Positions 24,801 through 37,015 are shown, counted from the first letter of the stretch. The stretch is DNA of 64,000 nt from Macrostomum lignano (GCA_002269645.1 NIVC01000987.1:46406-110405), one strand, 5' to 3'. Translations and numbers: made by a program. The notes: generated by a model from the letters alone, not told the origin.

Positions 24801-25710
24801 TCTCACATATTTTGCAAGCACAACTGCTGGACTGTCGCGTAATCTTTGTTGGGCTCACCTTTACGACCTCAGAGGAGTTCGGCAAAACATTCGGCGCTTT
24901 TATGCCCTTGTCGACGTCAGCCAGAAGCTTGTTGCATCGGGCACAGAGTGCTGCAGGTAGCTGCTCATCATTCGCATTGTAGTTGGGCAAAAAGTGTGCC
25001 TGAATGCGTTTCAGCGAGGCATTACCTATTCGTTGCATTGATGAGCCCTTTTTGTAGCACAACAAGCAGATCTTGAGGCGATTTTCTTCGTGTGATAGTG
25101 CATGCGTTGCATGGCTCATTTCTTTATACATGTATGGCAAGGTGAGTAGAAATATTGAAAGTAGGCTTGATCGAAGCTCACTATGGACTGCAAGTCAAGT
25201 CACTAACAAATACAGGTCGAGCTTGGTTTGTGAAAAGAAATCGTGCCTTGCAGAATTTATTATCAATTGATTTTATTATACAAGTAGGAAGCATACAACC
25301 AACATGCCTATAACAATCTAGAGTCAAGTACACTGGACAGAGCATACTCAAGCTCATGGGCCAGAGGGACCAAATTTGAGTACATTGGCAAAGCCACACA
25401 ACCCAAACCCCCGCTGAGTTACATGAAACTTTATATTTGTTGCATCATCTAAGTTGGTTTACTAAAATTGAAATCGGCTATCACTGGTTTAACTTACATG
25501 TACCTTGATCTACGGTTCTACTCATATGTACAATCAATGCAAATCATACATTATCACAAGCTATGGAATGAAGTACTTATGAATGGAGATAGCTCGGTAG
25601 ATTTTTTTAAAATTGCACGTATACCTTGCTAAGGTTCAGGTGAATGCATAAATCACTGTCATTTGAGGCTGACTTTATTTTCACCTTGAGAAGGCTTCAG
25701 GACATGTGTG
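21895..25710 (-). mobile_element. Full-length Chapaev-like DNA transposon (CMC superfamily), 3816 bp
   Basis: Imperfect 125-bp TIRs at 21895-22019 and 25586-25710 (about 19 mismatches by eye), termini CACACATGTC...GACATGTGTG, 4-bp TSD TGAC at 21891-21894 and 25711-25714, and a single internal transposase ORF. Confidence 0.92.
22999..25131 (-). CDS. Chapaev/Transib/RAG1-core-related DDE transposase (710 aa from first ATG)
   Basis: N-terminal H-x7-CxxC...P-x3-CxxC...CxCxxC zinc-binding region (HEENRLKICLLC, LPAALCARC, CACKIC). Core motifs VGIDSGGG, AVDMK, HPCPWC, LHLLLG, TPKVH..IDHV, WSEQVVETAHHDF. No stops or frameshifts. Confidence 0.88.
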   Translation of the reverse strand: MYKEMSHATHALSHEENRLKICLLCYKKGSSMQRIGNASLKRIQAHFLPNYNANDEQLPAALCARCNKLLADVDKGIKAPNVLPNSSEVVKVSPTKITRQSSSCACKICETARFNPIGKGLGKWKPEPHSLGRPACSDPDHGLPPAQPVVICQRCHSMVGRGLPHYCTQTQRRENLFSKLSLDRRGAEIHASDVIKAKAASTGSNSRFQLATRGRDLTVCVGQRAGSSTSMRGGCAVPAEEFSRFQQTLCLSGRQTKLAAQFFRAWKGRKSIEPNLRSKLSAIDSALDDLFELTNLEMDCAKGKREMRSIVFCTDPLALIDRVMARRQVSADDGALIKVGIDSGGGFLKFCVSIVSAQGLKDQPTGSRSTYAEGACRFHFEDGGVRKLLLLAIAESVSESYDNLQQILNLLNLQGFSFCAAVDMKISNAILGLQCCSSTHPCPWCETARIDFSNPDRTNVLRSIGGIRLQAFEYQRTVEEKAPRNVSAAAFKNCVRPPLLEVPDSTMVLQAIPPMGLHLLLGVTNRLFEELETQLRGLEDCQISTDDWLQQLGLRRPLQNGGNFAGNACECLLNGVDILIAMLAQHNVFSAMPVAHALRCFRDVKASCFGMSVCGDFENRVRAFEQAYIDLGIRVTPKVHAVIDHVVQFLNMSNLAGEPKKGLGFWSEQVVETAHHDFSSMWQDFRIDFHHPSYPDRLRKCVVAYCSRHA

Positions 25711-27039
25711 TGACCTCTGTCACCCATGAGAGAGCGTCCTCACTTCTGCTCTGGCCACTCAATCCATTATTATAACTAAATGTTAGAGACGGGGGGCCAA
25801 GGCATTCCTGAGTGATATTGAGCCAAGTTGACTTTTTCACAGCAATAGAGCATTGAGTTCTAGAGATACGCCAAACATTGCAAGTTTTAGGCGCCCTGTC
25901 GTCCGTGTTGAGTACCCGTAAGTTTTTTCAACAATAAAAGGCTTATATAAACAATCAGAAGTTCATCAATTACTTAATTTTCGACTAGCAATTAGTCTAA
26001 ATTATTAAAATTGATTTGTGGTGTAGTGTATGCGAGGTGCGAACACAAATTAAGGTATACATACTATACACAATAGTTTTCACACCGTATAAGTCACTTT
26101 AATCATTTCAAATCTGCATGAATGGTGAATGTAAGTTTAGCTGTGTGGATTATGTCATATACACTACCTTGATTGCACGTCAGCTGGGCCCCAATAACTT
26201 TAGCGCACCCTCCCTTCTTTCCCTATGATTCCTGTGATGACTCATGCTTATCGCCCACCACATTCCCCCGCGCGCCACCGCACCGATTCTTTCTTTTTTG
26301 AAATCATTCATGCGTGTGACAGTTTTATGACCCCTATTTTCCCTCCTATCTTTCCCAAGCTTTATCCTGCCTGTTACGTTACCACTCAAATTTCTCGTCC
26401 AATCACATCGGGGCTGACGAGTGACGTCATCAGGGTTGCTTGGTACAGCGGAGGTCAAGGACAAGTCACGGCCTTCAATATCACACGCATGACGCTCACG
26501 TGATCGCATGACGCATGATCTCGGGGCTAGAAATAAGAGTGAATAGGGTGTCTTTCAAACAGCCCGGGCCTGCTGTCCAGATAATGGAATCTTTGCCGCA
26601 ATGTCAGCTACCGCACCATCCAGAGGCGGACAGTCTAGGGACGAGGTCTGGTAGCTATATACATGTAGCTGTACCTTTCAGCGTTGCCCAGGGGTTGCGC
26701 AAGGTGTTTTAATATAGCCCCGGGTGACGTCAACGTGCATGTTCGTGGATATTATACGATAGACACTGTTTATGAAAAATAAATGCAATTACAAGAGCCT
26801 TGTGGGCCAGTAGCTTCGCGAGTGAAAGATTGCTCAAATCAATTCGCATGTACACTAGCATTTGAAAAATTCAGATTCGTCTTCGAACAATGACTTATTG
26901 TATTTCTGTTGTGCATTTTCATTGTGTGCATATTTCATTAAAAATGCAAGAAGCTTTCATCAACTATATTTTTCAATCATAAACATTTTGTTTGAAAAAA
27001 TAAGCTAATAAGAAAATTCGTAGCAAAATACATCCTCAC

Positions 27040-27560
27040 TCTTCTCTTCCGCCTTCTCTCTTCTCTTTCCTTTCTCTTTTCTTTTCTCTGCTCTCTTCTC
27101 TTCCCTCTCTACTCTCTCATGTCTCCTCTCTACTCTCTCATATCTGCCACCTCTCTGCGTACTCTCTCTGTTCTCACTTCTCCTCTCTCCCTTCCCACCT
27201 CTCTCCCCTCTCCCCTCGCTTCTCTCCCATCTTCTCTCCTCTCTCCTCTCCTCTCTCCTCTCCTCTGCTCTTCTCTCTGATCTCTCTCCTCCCCTCTTCT
27301 CTTCTCTTCTCTTCTACCTTTTCTCTCATATCGAATCTCTCGCCTCTCCTCTGTTTGCTTGTCTTTAATCTTCTATTCCCTCTCATTCGAAGTAAGAAAA
27401 TTTTCCGACATTTTTGCTGAAGATAAGAGAAGAGGGGAGAGAGAAAAGGGGGGAAGAGGGGGAGAGAGGGGAGAGAGAGAAGGGAAAGGGGAGAGTTAGG
27501 AGTGGAAACAAAGATAAAAGAGGGGAGAAAAAAGGCGAGGCAAGAAGGTAGAGCAGAAGG
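27040..27560. repeat. Pyrimidine-rich then purine-rich low-complexity tracts
   Basis: CT-rich 27040-27330, GA-rich 27420-27570. Confidence 0.8.
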
Positions 27561-29663
27561 GATAGAGAAGAGAGTCGAATTGAGACTGCAAACCTTGTAC
27601 ATTGAGTGAAGTTTCAAAGAGGGTTGAGAGGGTTGCGGGCCGGAGTTTGCCGACCTCTGCTCCAGAGTTTCAGAAATCAATGGGAAACTGTTGGCACCGG
27701 CTGCTGCTGATGCTAGTATTGTCAATGATCCTGTCTGTAATTGAAGGCTTCTATTCTGGGTCCGCGCTCTCCTTCTGCCGCTGCATGTCATCCCATCAAA
27801 GTTTGGCCAGTATAGTTTCAGAGAGATATAAAATTGACAAATAAACGGACAAACATCGCTTGAATTTAAGTATATTGAGAGAGAGTTTATACTCGTATTA
27901 TATTACATTATATTACTATAGTGAATCATTTTCCTTTCAAGGACACAGTCTGAAGGTGAGATAGTAAGAATTAAGGAGAGAATATGATGATGAGTATCTA
28001 CACGTTAGATCACGAGCATTTAATATAGCGTTGTATATTTATGGTGTTAAAATTTATTTTTTTAAATTGATTTTGAGTTTACAAATAATGGTATAAAAGT
28101 TCTATTCCTTTAGGTGGCAATTATTGTCAGGAGGAGGGGTGGTAGGGTCGGCCGCGGTCCGGCGACAACTCAGATGTTTAATTATTGGTTGAATACTCGT
28201 GCTGTACTGTGTTAATTGCATTGTTTAATTCAATCGATTGCCCAGAACAAATAAATGAAGCATTTACTTACAATCCGACTATGAAAATTAAACTTGAAGA
28301 TTGCTTGCAGTGGCGACTGCTTGGCATTTTTACTTGAGTGCTAATGAGATATTAAATATGCTTTTATGTTTCCGGAATCGTTTTTTGGCACCGATTTAGT
28401 CTTACTTCACACATCGAACGAATTATGATCCATGAAAAGAAAACAAACGTGTAAAGTGTAAACAGCTATACACGCGCACACGCCGGCACTAGGCCTAATG
28501 TAAAAGCATGACACTTGTACAGTTGTACTTTATCAGGTTTTCTCTGGTCTTATCGGGTGTCGAAGTGGCCTTAAGCTTGATATTGACAAATTGCTCTGAA
28601 ATCTGATCTGAGTATTGTCCACTGCATATTGCAAGGAATGCACTGCTGTAATTATAATTAGTCTTTAATTGTACTTAGGGCTTAGGCTGTTAGGCACAAT
28701 TCAATTTTTTTGAAAGCCTGATGATATGGTTCATTAGTTGTCTATAAATAAATAAATAAATAAATATATATATATATTAGATATATATATATTTGTCTAA
28801 GTCAAGAATATTAGATTAGGTATAAATAATACAATGAGGATTTGACTAGGCCTAGGGGCTAGGGCTTAGGAGTCTAGGACTAGGTAGGCCTATTCTTGAT
28901 TATTTAGCTAATACTATAGCTTCCTTTTTCTCAATGCTATTTACACTGGCTGGTACTGACTAGGCAGGGCCTATGGCCTAGGCCTATAGCTAAACCCCTA
29001 TCCTAGAAGGCAGAAGCTAGGCCTAGGCATAGTCCTATTGCTTGGCCAGGCCATAACTAGGCCTAGCATAGGCCCCCCTAGCTTATACATATAAATACAA
29101 GGCCTAGGCCTACTTAGGCTATTTTGAATTTGAAATACTAGGTCTAAGACTCTAACTTAGCTTAGCTAAAGTATCAATATAGATAGGCAAATCTATCTAG
29201 CTAGGCCTCCTAGGCCTTTTTAAATCATAGATTAGATCATATCATATAGACTGATAGTAAAGCTAGGCCTATTTTTATAAGTAGGCCCTAATTAATCTAG
29301 AGTAGGCCTAATTCTAATAGAAAATAAATGAAATTATATCTAGGCTTAATCATTCTAGCTTTTATAAATTATCTATGTAACCTATTTTATATTGATTAAA
29401 ATAAGCCTTTTATAATTTTAGATCTAGGTTTTTAAATATTAAAATCATGTCATTTAGCTTTATGCCTTTTTAGATTAGGCTAACCTAGGTGGGTACTAGG
29501 CCTAACTAGGATACCAAGTTAAAAAATAATAAGATTCTATAATTTCTAGGCCTAGGCCTAGCTAACATTAGAATTAGAAAAAAAATCTAGGCCTATGTTT
29601 TAGCCTTTTATTCATTGACATTATGATAATAGCCTATCAATGATCTAATTTATAGACATACAT

Positions 29664-29819
29664 GCGCAACTTTGGGAGTCACCCGGCCGTTTCTATTGGC
29701 AACACATACATGTAAGTCGCTATTGGCTGAGAGTAGTCACGTGACTACTATTCCATCCAATAGCGACTTACGTGTGTGTGTTGCCAATAGAAACGGCCGA
29801 GTGAATCCCAAGGTTGTGC
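29664..29819. mobile_element. Foldback palindrome / hairpin MITE-like element
   Basis: Arms of about 78 bp with no spacer, centred on CAC|GTG at 29740/29741; weaker symmetry extends to TATA flanks at 29651 and 29834. Confidence 0.75.
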
Positions 29820-30260
29820 CCAAGCATGTTTATAGATATAAGCCTAATACAAGTTAGACTTAAGGTCTATTCAAATTTGATAATTAAAAACTCATTAAAA
29901 TCTAATACTTTAAATAATTATATTTTTTTATATTTTGTCTTCAAATAAATATATAATTTAAATATTTTAATGCCAAAATTATAGTTACATTATAATTATT
30001 AGATTATAATCAATAGCCTAGTCAATATAAAATATTTGATTTTTTATTTAATGTTATATTGATTCTATTATATTTTTCCTTTTTTGCTGCAACAAATTCT
30101 TTGCTTGAACAAATCATTGTTCTATAATTTTAATTAACTAATAATATTTAACTAATTTGTAATAGAATAAAGATCAAGATTAAAAACTTGCAGCTCAGGT
30201 CAGGCAAGCTTTATCTGATAAATTTAATTATACTTTTAACAAGGTCCAAGTTGAAGCAGT

Positions 30261-33200
30261 ATGCATGGCACACAATTTGCCAGTGATGACAATTCTAATG
30301 ACTATAATGGGCTAATAAATGGCAATGTATCTGGTCAAATACTTTTGCCTGTTGCATCTGGATCTCATAGCAATAGGAATGCTTCAACTACTAATATATC
30401 TGCAAATTTGCCAAGCAGAGCTAGTCCAACTAATAACAATGATGATGTGTTTGTGAAGCATCATAGATCAGTAGTTCAACAAGATGGCATTGAGCCAGCT
30501 CAAGTTCAGGCTGTTTCAAACCCTATTTATGGTGAGTGTAGAAAGTACATTTAATTGTTTTTAGGTATTGTCTCTGAGAAAACTCTAATTGGGAAGTATT
30601 AGGGAAGATTAGAAAGAATCTGAATGAAAAATGTAAATAATATTGATAAGATTTTGAATGTGAAATGTTAGTGGAATCGGGAAGAATCTAAATGGGGAAT
30701 GTTGGTGGGATTGGGAAGAATCTAAATGGGAAATGTTGGTGGAATTGGGAAGAATCTAAATAGGAAATGTTGGTGGAATTGAGAAGAATCTAAATGGGAA
30801 ATGTTGGTGGGATTGGGAAGAGTCTAAATGGGAAATGTTAGTGGGAGTGGGATTGGGAAGAATCTATATGGGAAATGTTATTAGAATTGGGAAGAATCTA
30901 AATGGGAAATGTTGGTGAAATCAAGAAGAATCTAAATTGGGAATGTTGGTGGGATTGGGAAGAATCTAAATGGGAAATGTTGGTGGAATTGGGAAGAATC
31001 TAAATAGGAAATGTTGGTGGAATTGAGAAGAATCTAAATGGGAAATGTTGGTGGGATTGGGAAGAGTCTAAATGGGAAATGTTAGTGGGAGTGGGATTGG
31101 GAAGAATCTATATGGGAAATGTTATTAGAATTGGGAAGAATCTAAATGGGAAATGTTGGTGTAATTGGGAAGAATCTAAATGGGGAATGTTAGTGGGATT
31201 GGGAAGAATCTAAATGGGAAATGTTAGTGGGATTGGGAAGAATCTGAATGGCGAATGTTAGTGGAATTGGGAAGAATCTAAATAGAAAATGGTGTTGGAA
31301 TTGGGAAGAATCGGATTCGGAAATGTCAGCCTAAATATCCACTTCGCAATCCCAAATTAATTGCCAACAGTGAATCTGGACATCAAAGTTGAAGATGCGG
31401 ATCAAACCGCTGTGGAAAGCGCCTGCGGAAGTTCATCATCAGACGAATCTTCAATTTTTGTGCCATTCTCATTTCGAGCATTGAGTAGAAAACGAAAACT
31501 GCTGCTCGTATCGCTTTGCCTTGGCGAGCTGTGCTCAAATGTTATGTTATCAATTATGGCACCATTTTTTCCTAGCGAAGCTGAGTCCAAAGGCGTCTCA
31601 AGTACGGTTAGCGGATGGATATTTGGTGTTTTACCATTGGCTCAAGTAATATTCAGCCCTATTGTTGGTGAGTGACTCCTGTTAGTTGACTGACATTATG
31701 TACATCGTAGCTGAGCTAGGGGCTGCCCATTTCACCGACTCCCTTGAGCAGGCACACAAGCGCGCGGATACGTACGCAGTCATACGCACAGGCACACACT
31801 CACACAGGAGTGCACAGCGGCCCTAACTTTATTTATCATTAGGCATGTACACTTCACTGTGCCTTGGGGGTTGGCCTTCAATTGGGAGCTAATTGCACGA
31901 GCAAAGCCAAGCCGAGATTCCAATTTAGCTCCAAACTAGCAATCTGGTGCCCCCTTCGGGCGCCCAAAAAAGCAAGGGACAAAAACATTTATATAAATCC
32001 TATCTGCCTTGACACCCAAGCAATTCCCCCAGTAAGCCTCGACATCTCAGCGATTCCCCCGAGCAAGCATCTCCTCAGATAGCAAGCATCCCCCCGATAT
32101 CAAGCATCCCCCCAGATAGCAAGCATCCCCCCAGATAGCAAGCATCCCCCCAGATAGCAAGCATCCACCCAGATAGCAAGCATCCACCCAGATAGCATCT
32201 CCCGGATTCTCCCCAGATAGCAAGCATCCCCCAGATAGCAAGCATCCCCAGATAGCAAGCATCCCCAGATAGCATCTCCCCAGATAGCAAGCATCCCCAG
32301 ATAGCATCTCCCCAGATAGCAAGCATCCCCAGATAGCATCTCCCCAGATAGCAAGCATCCCCAGATAGCAAGCAGATATCAAAGCGCCGCGCTTAACCAC
32401 TGGACTGTTCATAAATTTTTTACTACTAACTATAAACTAAAAGTAGAAATCGAAGCAAATTGTTGCCTAAATTAACCAGGGTGTTTTGATGGATCAATAT
32501 TTAAGCACGATCAATAATCGTGCAATTTCTTGAGAGGAGAAGACACAAGAAATAAGAAGATATACGAGATAAGAGATGGCGAGAAGAGAGCTGAGAAGAG
32601 ACATTAACCTTAATAACGGGCCGGATTGTTATTGTAAAATTTCAAGAACTTGAGTATATTTTAAAATAAAAAATCCAATTTTTACTAAACTACTAGCAGT
32701 AGAAAAACAGTAGAAGTAAATTGCTACCCTAATTCAAAAAAAGCAAACAAAACTCATACTGAATCCCATTTTCAGGCGCCATGATGAAGCCTGCCGGCGT
32801 GAAGTTCCTCTTCCTATCTGGCGCTTTCTTGGGCGGTTGCGCCACTATACTATTTGGTGCGTTGGATCATATGCCTAGCCGGGACGGCGGTCTCATGTTC
32901 ATTATTTATTGCTTTGCAATACGAATAACTACAGCTTGGGGCTTCGCTTCCTATACAACCGCCGCGTTTGTTATCATAGCGCAAGAGTTTGGCGACAACG
33001 TGTCTCAGGTGTTTGGCATTGCTGAGACTTTCTGCGGCATTGGCGCCGTATTAGGACCGGCTGTTGGCGGCGTTCTTTACGGCTGGGGCGGCTTCGGCCT
33101 GCCTTTCTTTGTGCTGGGCGGCATCTACCTGCTCACTGTGCCGCTCAGCTGGCCGCTCATCCCGTCCGATGCAGAGTCTCATCACGGACAGGTGTCCAAC

Positions 33201-36200
33201 TTCACCCTGCTGAGGGTGCCAGGTGAGCTCTCGGATTTTGTGTCTGTCTGTCTGCCTGTCTGTCTGTCTGCCTGTCTGTCTGTCTGTCTGTCTGCCTGTC
33301 TGTCTGTCTGTCTGCCTGTTTTAGTGTCTGTCTGTCCGTCTGTCTGTCTGTCTGTCTTAGTGTCTGTCTGCCTGTCTGTCTGTCTGCAGCAGCCAGCTTC
33401 CCCCACCCCTCCCCATCAGGCATCCTCATGATGTGCTGGACAGTAATAGTGCTGGGAACCGGCTGGTCAATATTCGAGCCGGTGCTGGAGCCTCGCTTAG
33501 GCAGCTACAACTTGAGTCCTCAGCTCATCGGTTTAGTCTTCCTACTGACTGCCTCATCCTACGCTTTATCCGCCCCGTTATTCGGTTGGATTACTGAACG
33601 GATTGACGATTTAAATCCGTTGATTCTGGCCAGTCTAGCCGGCTGCACCGCCTGTTTAGCCATGCTGGGCCCGTCGCCTTTGTTCACTAACAATGCACCG
33701 GATAGCGCTACTGGCAGTCTGGCTCTGATCATTGTGTCACTGGCTCTGCTGGGCCTGTTCAACTCTATGGGCATCGTGCCGAGCTATGAGTATATGCTCG
33801 ATGCTGCGGAGTGAGTGCAGTTTTCTTTGGGATGTCATTGAAATCTAAATGGGATTTGGTTAGTTCACGAATGGGATTTTGAGATTTCTGGGATTTCTTA
33901 AGATGGGATCTTCTGAGATTTGTAAGGATGGGATCTGGGGATTTCTAAAGATGGGATATTCTGGGGATTTCTAAAGATGGGATCTTCTGGGGATTTCTAA
34001 AGATGGTATCTTCTGGGGATTTCTAAAGATGGTATCTTCTGGGGATTTCTAAAGATGGGATCTTCTGGGGATTTCTAAAGATGGGATCTTCTGGGGATTT
34101 CTAAAGTTGGTATCTTCTGGGGATTTCTAAAGATGGGATCTTCTGGGGATTTCTAAAGATGGGATCTTCTGGGGATTTCTAAAGTTGGTATCTTCTGGGG
34201 ATTTCTAAAGATGGGATCTTCTGGGGATTTCTAAAGATGGGATCTTCTGGGGATTTCTAAAGATGGGATCTTCTGGGGATTTCTAAAGATGGGATCTTCT
34301 GGAGATTTCTAAAGATGGGATCTTCTGGGGATTTCTAAAGATGGTATCTTCTGGGGATTTCTAAAGATGGGATCTTCTGGGGATTTCTAAAGATGGTATC
34401 TTCTGGGGATTTCTAAAGATAGGATATTCTGGGGATTTCTAAAGATGGGATCTTCTGGGGATTTCTATAGATGGGATCTTCTGGGGATTTCTAAAGATGG
34501 GATCTTCTGGGGATTTCTAAAGATGGTATCTTCTGGGGATTTCTAAAGATGGTATCTTCTGGGGATTTCTAAAGATGGTATCTTCTGGGGATTTCTAAAG
34601 ATGGGATCTTCTGGGGATTTCTAAAGATGGGATCTTCTGGGGATTTCTAAAGATGGTATCTTCTGGGGATTTCTAAAGATGGGATCTTCTGGGGATTTCT
34701 AAATATGGGATCTTGATATTTCTAAAATGGAATCTTGGGATTTCTAAAGATGGGATCTTCTGTCTGGGATTTCTAAAGATGGGATCTTGGGGTTTCTAAA
34801 TTTGGGATTTTTTTGGATTTTTAAAGATGTGATTTTTTGGGATTATTTTGGAAATAATATAATTATTATTAACAAATTTTCAGAGAAGCTGGCCTTCCAG
34901 ACGACGTGTCCGTTCACGGAGCAATTGGCGGTCTGTGGGGCTCGGCCTACGCGTTCGGGTAAGATTTACAAATCATATTCGCTACTCATTACTTATTCAA
35001 TTTGAGTAGTATTAAATCTATGTATTAGTAATTATCGAATTATAATCTGATTTTCAAAATCTTTTAACAGCGAATTTGTCGGTCCCATTGCTGGCGGCTT
35101 TCTGGTTGACATTTCTTCGTTTGGCTGGGCCACCACCGCAGGCGCTGGCCTCTCTTTGATATCAGTAATGCGTTTTTCACGGCTTGTTTATTATTTGTTT
35201 TATTGTTCCGAACTTGGACTAATTTCTCGTGACCTTGGATGACCCCTTGGTTCTCTGTTTCTTGGGGCGTGTGCTTGCCACCTTGACCTCAGTTAACCCG
35301 TAGTTTTGTGTTCCCGCACGCACACATAAAGCATGTTATCTCGATCGGATGACCCTGTCCATGGATCCCTTAATCTAAAACCCTAATCTACCTACCCTAA
35401 TCTACTTCCTCCGTGACCTCAGATGACCCTTCTTTGCTCATACATGTACTTCGCTAACCTAAAACCCTCACCCCGTCACCTCAGATGACCCTGCTCACGC
35501 ATCGCTAACCTTGTGACCTCAGATGACCCTGCTCACGCATCGTTAACCTACAACCCTCACCCCTGTGACCTCAGATGACCCTGCTCGTGCATCGCTAACC
35601 TACAACCCTCACCCCCGTCACCTCAGATGACCCTGCTCGCGCATCGCTAACCTACAACCCCTCACCCCGTGACCTCAGATGACCCTGCTCACGCATCGCT
35701 AAGCCACAAACCTCACCCTGTGACCTCAGATGACCCTATTCCTAGTGTTCGTGCTCATCCAGCGCTACCAGAAGCGATTGCACCGTCGCACGGCCGTCAG
35801 CGCCGCGGCCGCTGCCACAGTTGACGCCGTTACCGCCGTATCGACAGCCGCAGGCGCCGCCACAGCCGCCGCAACGCTGGTCCAACCGGTGCCATTCCGA
35901 CGTCGCTCAGTGTCGTTCCTTCGTGCCACCAGCCTGCTGCAGCTGCAGCGGCAGCGCTCAATGCAGGCCGGAGCCGCCGGCTCTTTTGTCGACGGTTGTC
36001 GGACGCCATCGTCGGATGTCGGAGGCTACCGACACCGGCTGTTGCCCAGGCGTCAGCGTCGCTCTACGTTGGATCCTCGGCGTCGAAGCAACGATCGACG
36101 TTTTCGCCGCGGCGTCAGCGTCGGCTGCGAAGACGACGACAACAACGACATCGGCAACCTCGGTGGTGAGGCGTCACCGGCCACTTCAACGCCGCCCAGG

Positions 36201-36398
36201 GCGCCGCCGCCGATGCCAGGTGCGGTGGTGTCACCGCCCACTGACGAGGAGCTGCGAGAGGCAGCGGAGGCGGTTACGGCGGCAGCGGCGGCGGCGGCGA
36301 CAAAATGCACGCGTCGACAGAATGTCCACGACAACGAGAAGTCGCCGTTGCTGTCGCCATGCAGCGATCAGATTGATCAGCGGCGCGGCTCCTGGTGA
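30261..36398 (+). CDS. SLC18B1: MFS-type transporter, SLC18B1-like
   Basis: Exons 30261-30531, 31371-31667, 32776-33222, 33420-33810, 34884-34958, 35071-35164 and 35730-36398 are GT-AG with consistent phases. Motifs: SIMAPFFPSEAESKGVS, GIAETFCGIGAVLGPAVGGVLY.WGGFGLPFF, GLPDD, GLWGSAYAFGEFVGPIAGG. Confidence 0.85.
30650..31315. repeat. 34-bp minisatellite in SLC18B1 intron 1
   Basis: Unit GGGAAGAATCTAAATGGGAAATGTTGGTGGAATT with a higher-order block duplication of about 240 bp. Confidence 0.95.
31722..31935 (-). mobile_element. SINE internal fragment in an SLC18B1 intron
   Basis: Same body sequence, through GCCAAGCCGAGATTCCAATT. Confidence 0.8.
32050..32375. repeat. CCCCAGATAGCAAGCAT minisatellite
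   Basis: Direct inspection. Confidence 0.92.
33235..33388. repeat. (CTGT)n microsatellite in an SLC18B1 intron
   Basis: Direct inspection. Confidence 0.92.
33895..34800. repeat. 26-bp minisatellite (CTGGGGATTTCTAAAGATGGGATCTT)
   Basis: Direct inspection. Confidence 0.96.
35410..35737 (+). repeat. About 52-bp array built from the 3' splice site of the last SLC18B1 exon
   Basis: Seven CTCAG|ATGACCCT junction copies with ATG at 35423, 35485, 35523, 35575, 35627, 35679 and 35730. Confidence 0.9.
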
Positions 36399-36579
36399 TT
36401 CGAATCGAAGGCCATTCTGTATTTATTTTTTTTTCCTCAGCGGATGACCGCCTCCCGAAATTCTATGAATCATTCCTCTGATCCAGAGATCTGCATCTAT
36501 TTAATTGCCTGTTATTTGTTCTTAAATCTTCAGATGTTGTTGTCTATCAATTTGTTGATCCACTTTGAAATTTTAAGAT

Positions 36580-37015
36580 CCCATACTTAAAATTCCAAGA
36601 TCCCATTTTTTAACTCCCACAAGATCCTATATCCTATATTTAAAGTCCCAAAATCCCATATTTAAAATCCCAAAATCCCATACTTGAAGTCCCTATATCC
36701 TATATTTGGAATCCAAAGATCCCATATTTAAAATCCCAAGACCCCATATTTAAAATCCCGACCCCATGTTTGAAATCCCACAAGATCCCATATTTGAAAC
36801 CCCACAAGACCCCATATTTGAAACCCCACAAAATCCCATGTTTGAAATCCCACAAGATCCCATATTTGAAACTCCACAAGACCCCATGTTTGAAATCACA
36901 CAAGATACCATATTTCAAACCCCACAAAATCCCATGTTTGAAATCCCCCAAGATCCATGTTTGAAATCCCACAAAATCCCATGTTTGAAATCCCACAAGA
37001 TCCCATGTTTGAAAA
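36580..37015. repeat. 24-bp minisatellite (AAATCCCACAAGATCCCATGTTTG)
   Basis: Direct inspection. Confidence 0.9.

Noticed and set aside
26405-26460. Hammerhead ribozyme core (CTGACGAG)
   Set aside because: No stem II followed by GAAA could be formed.
26020-26770. Possible LTR, Helitron or MITE next to the transposon
   Set aside because: No second LTR, convincing TIR pair, TSD or hairpin-CTAG end could be found by eye.
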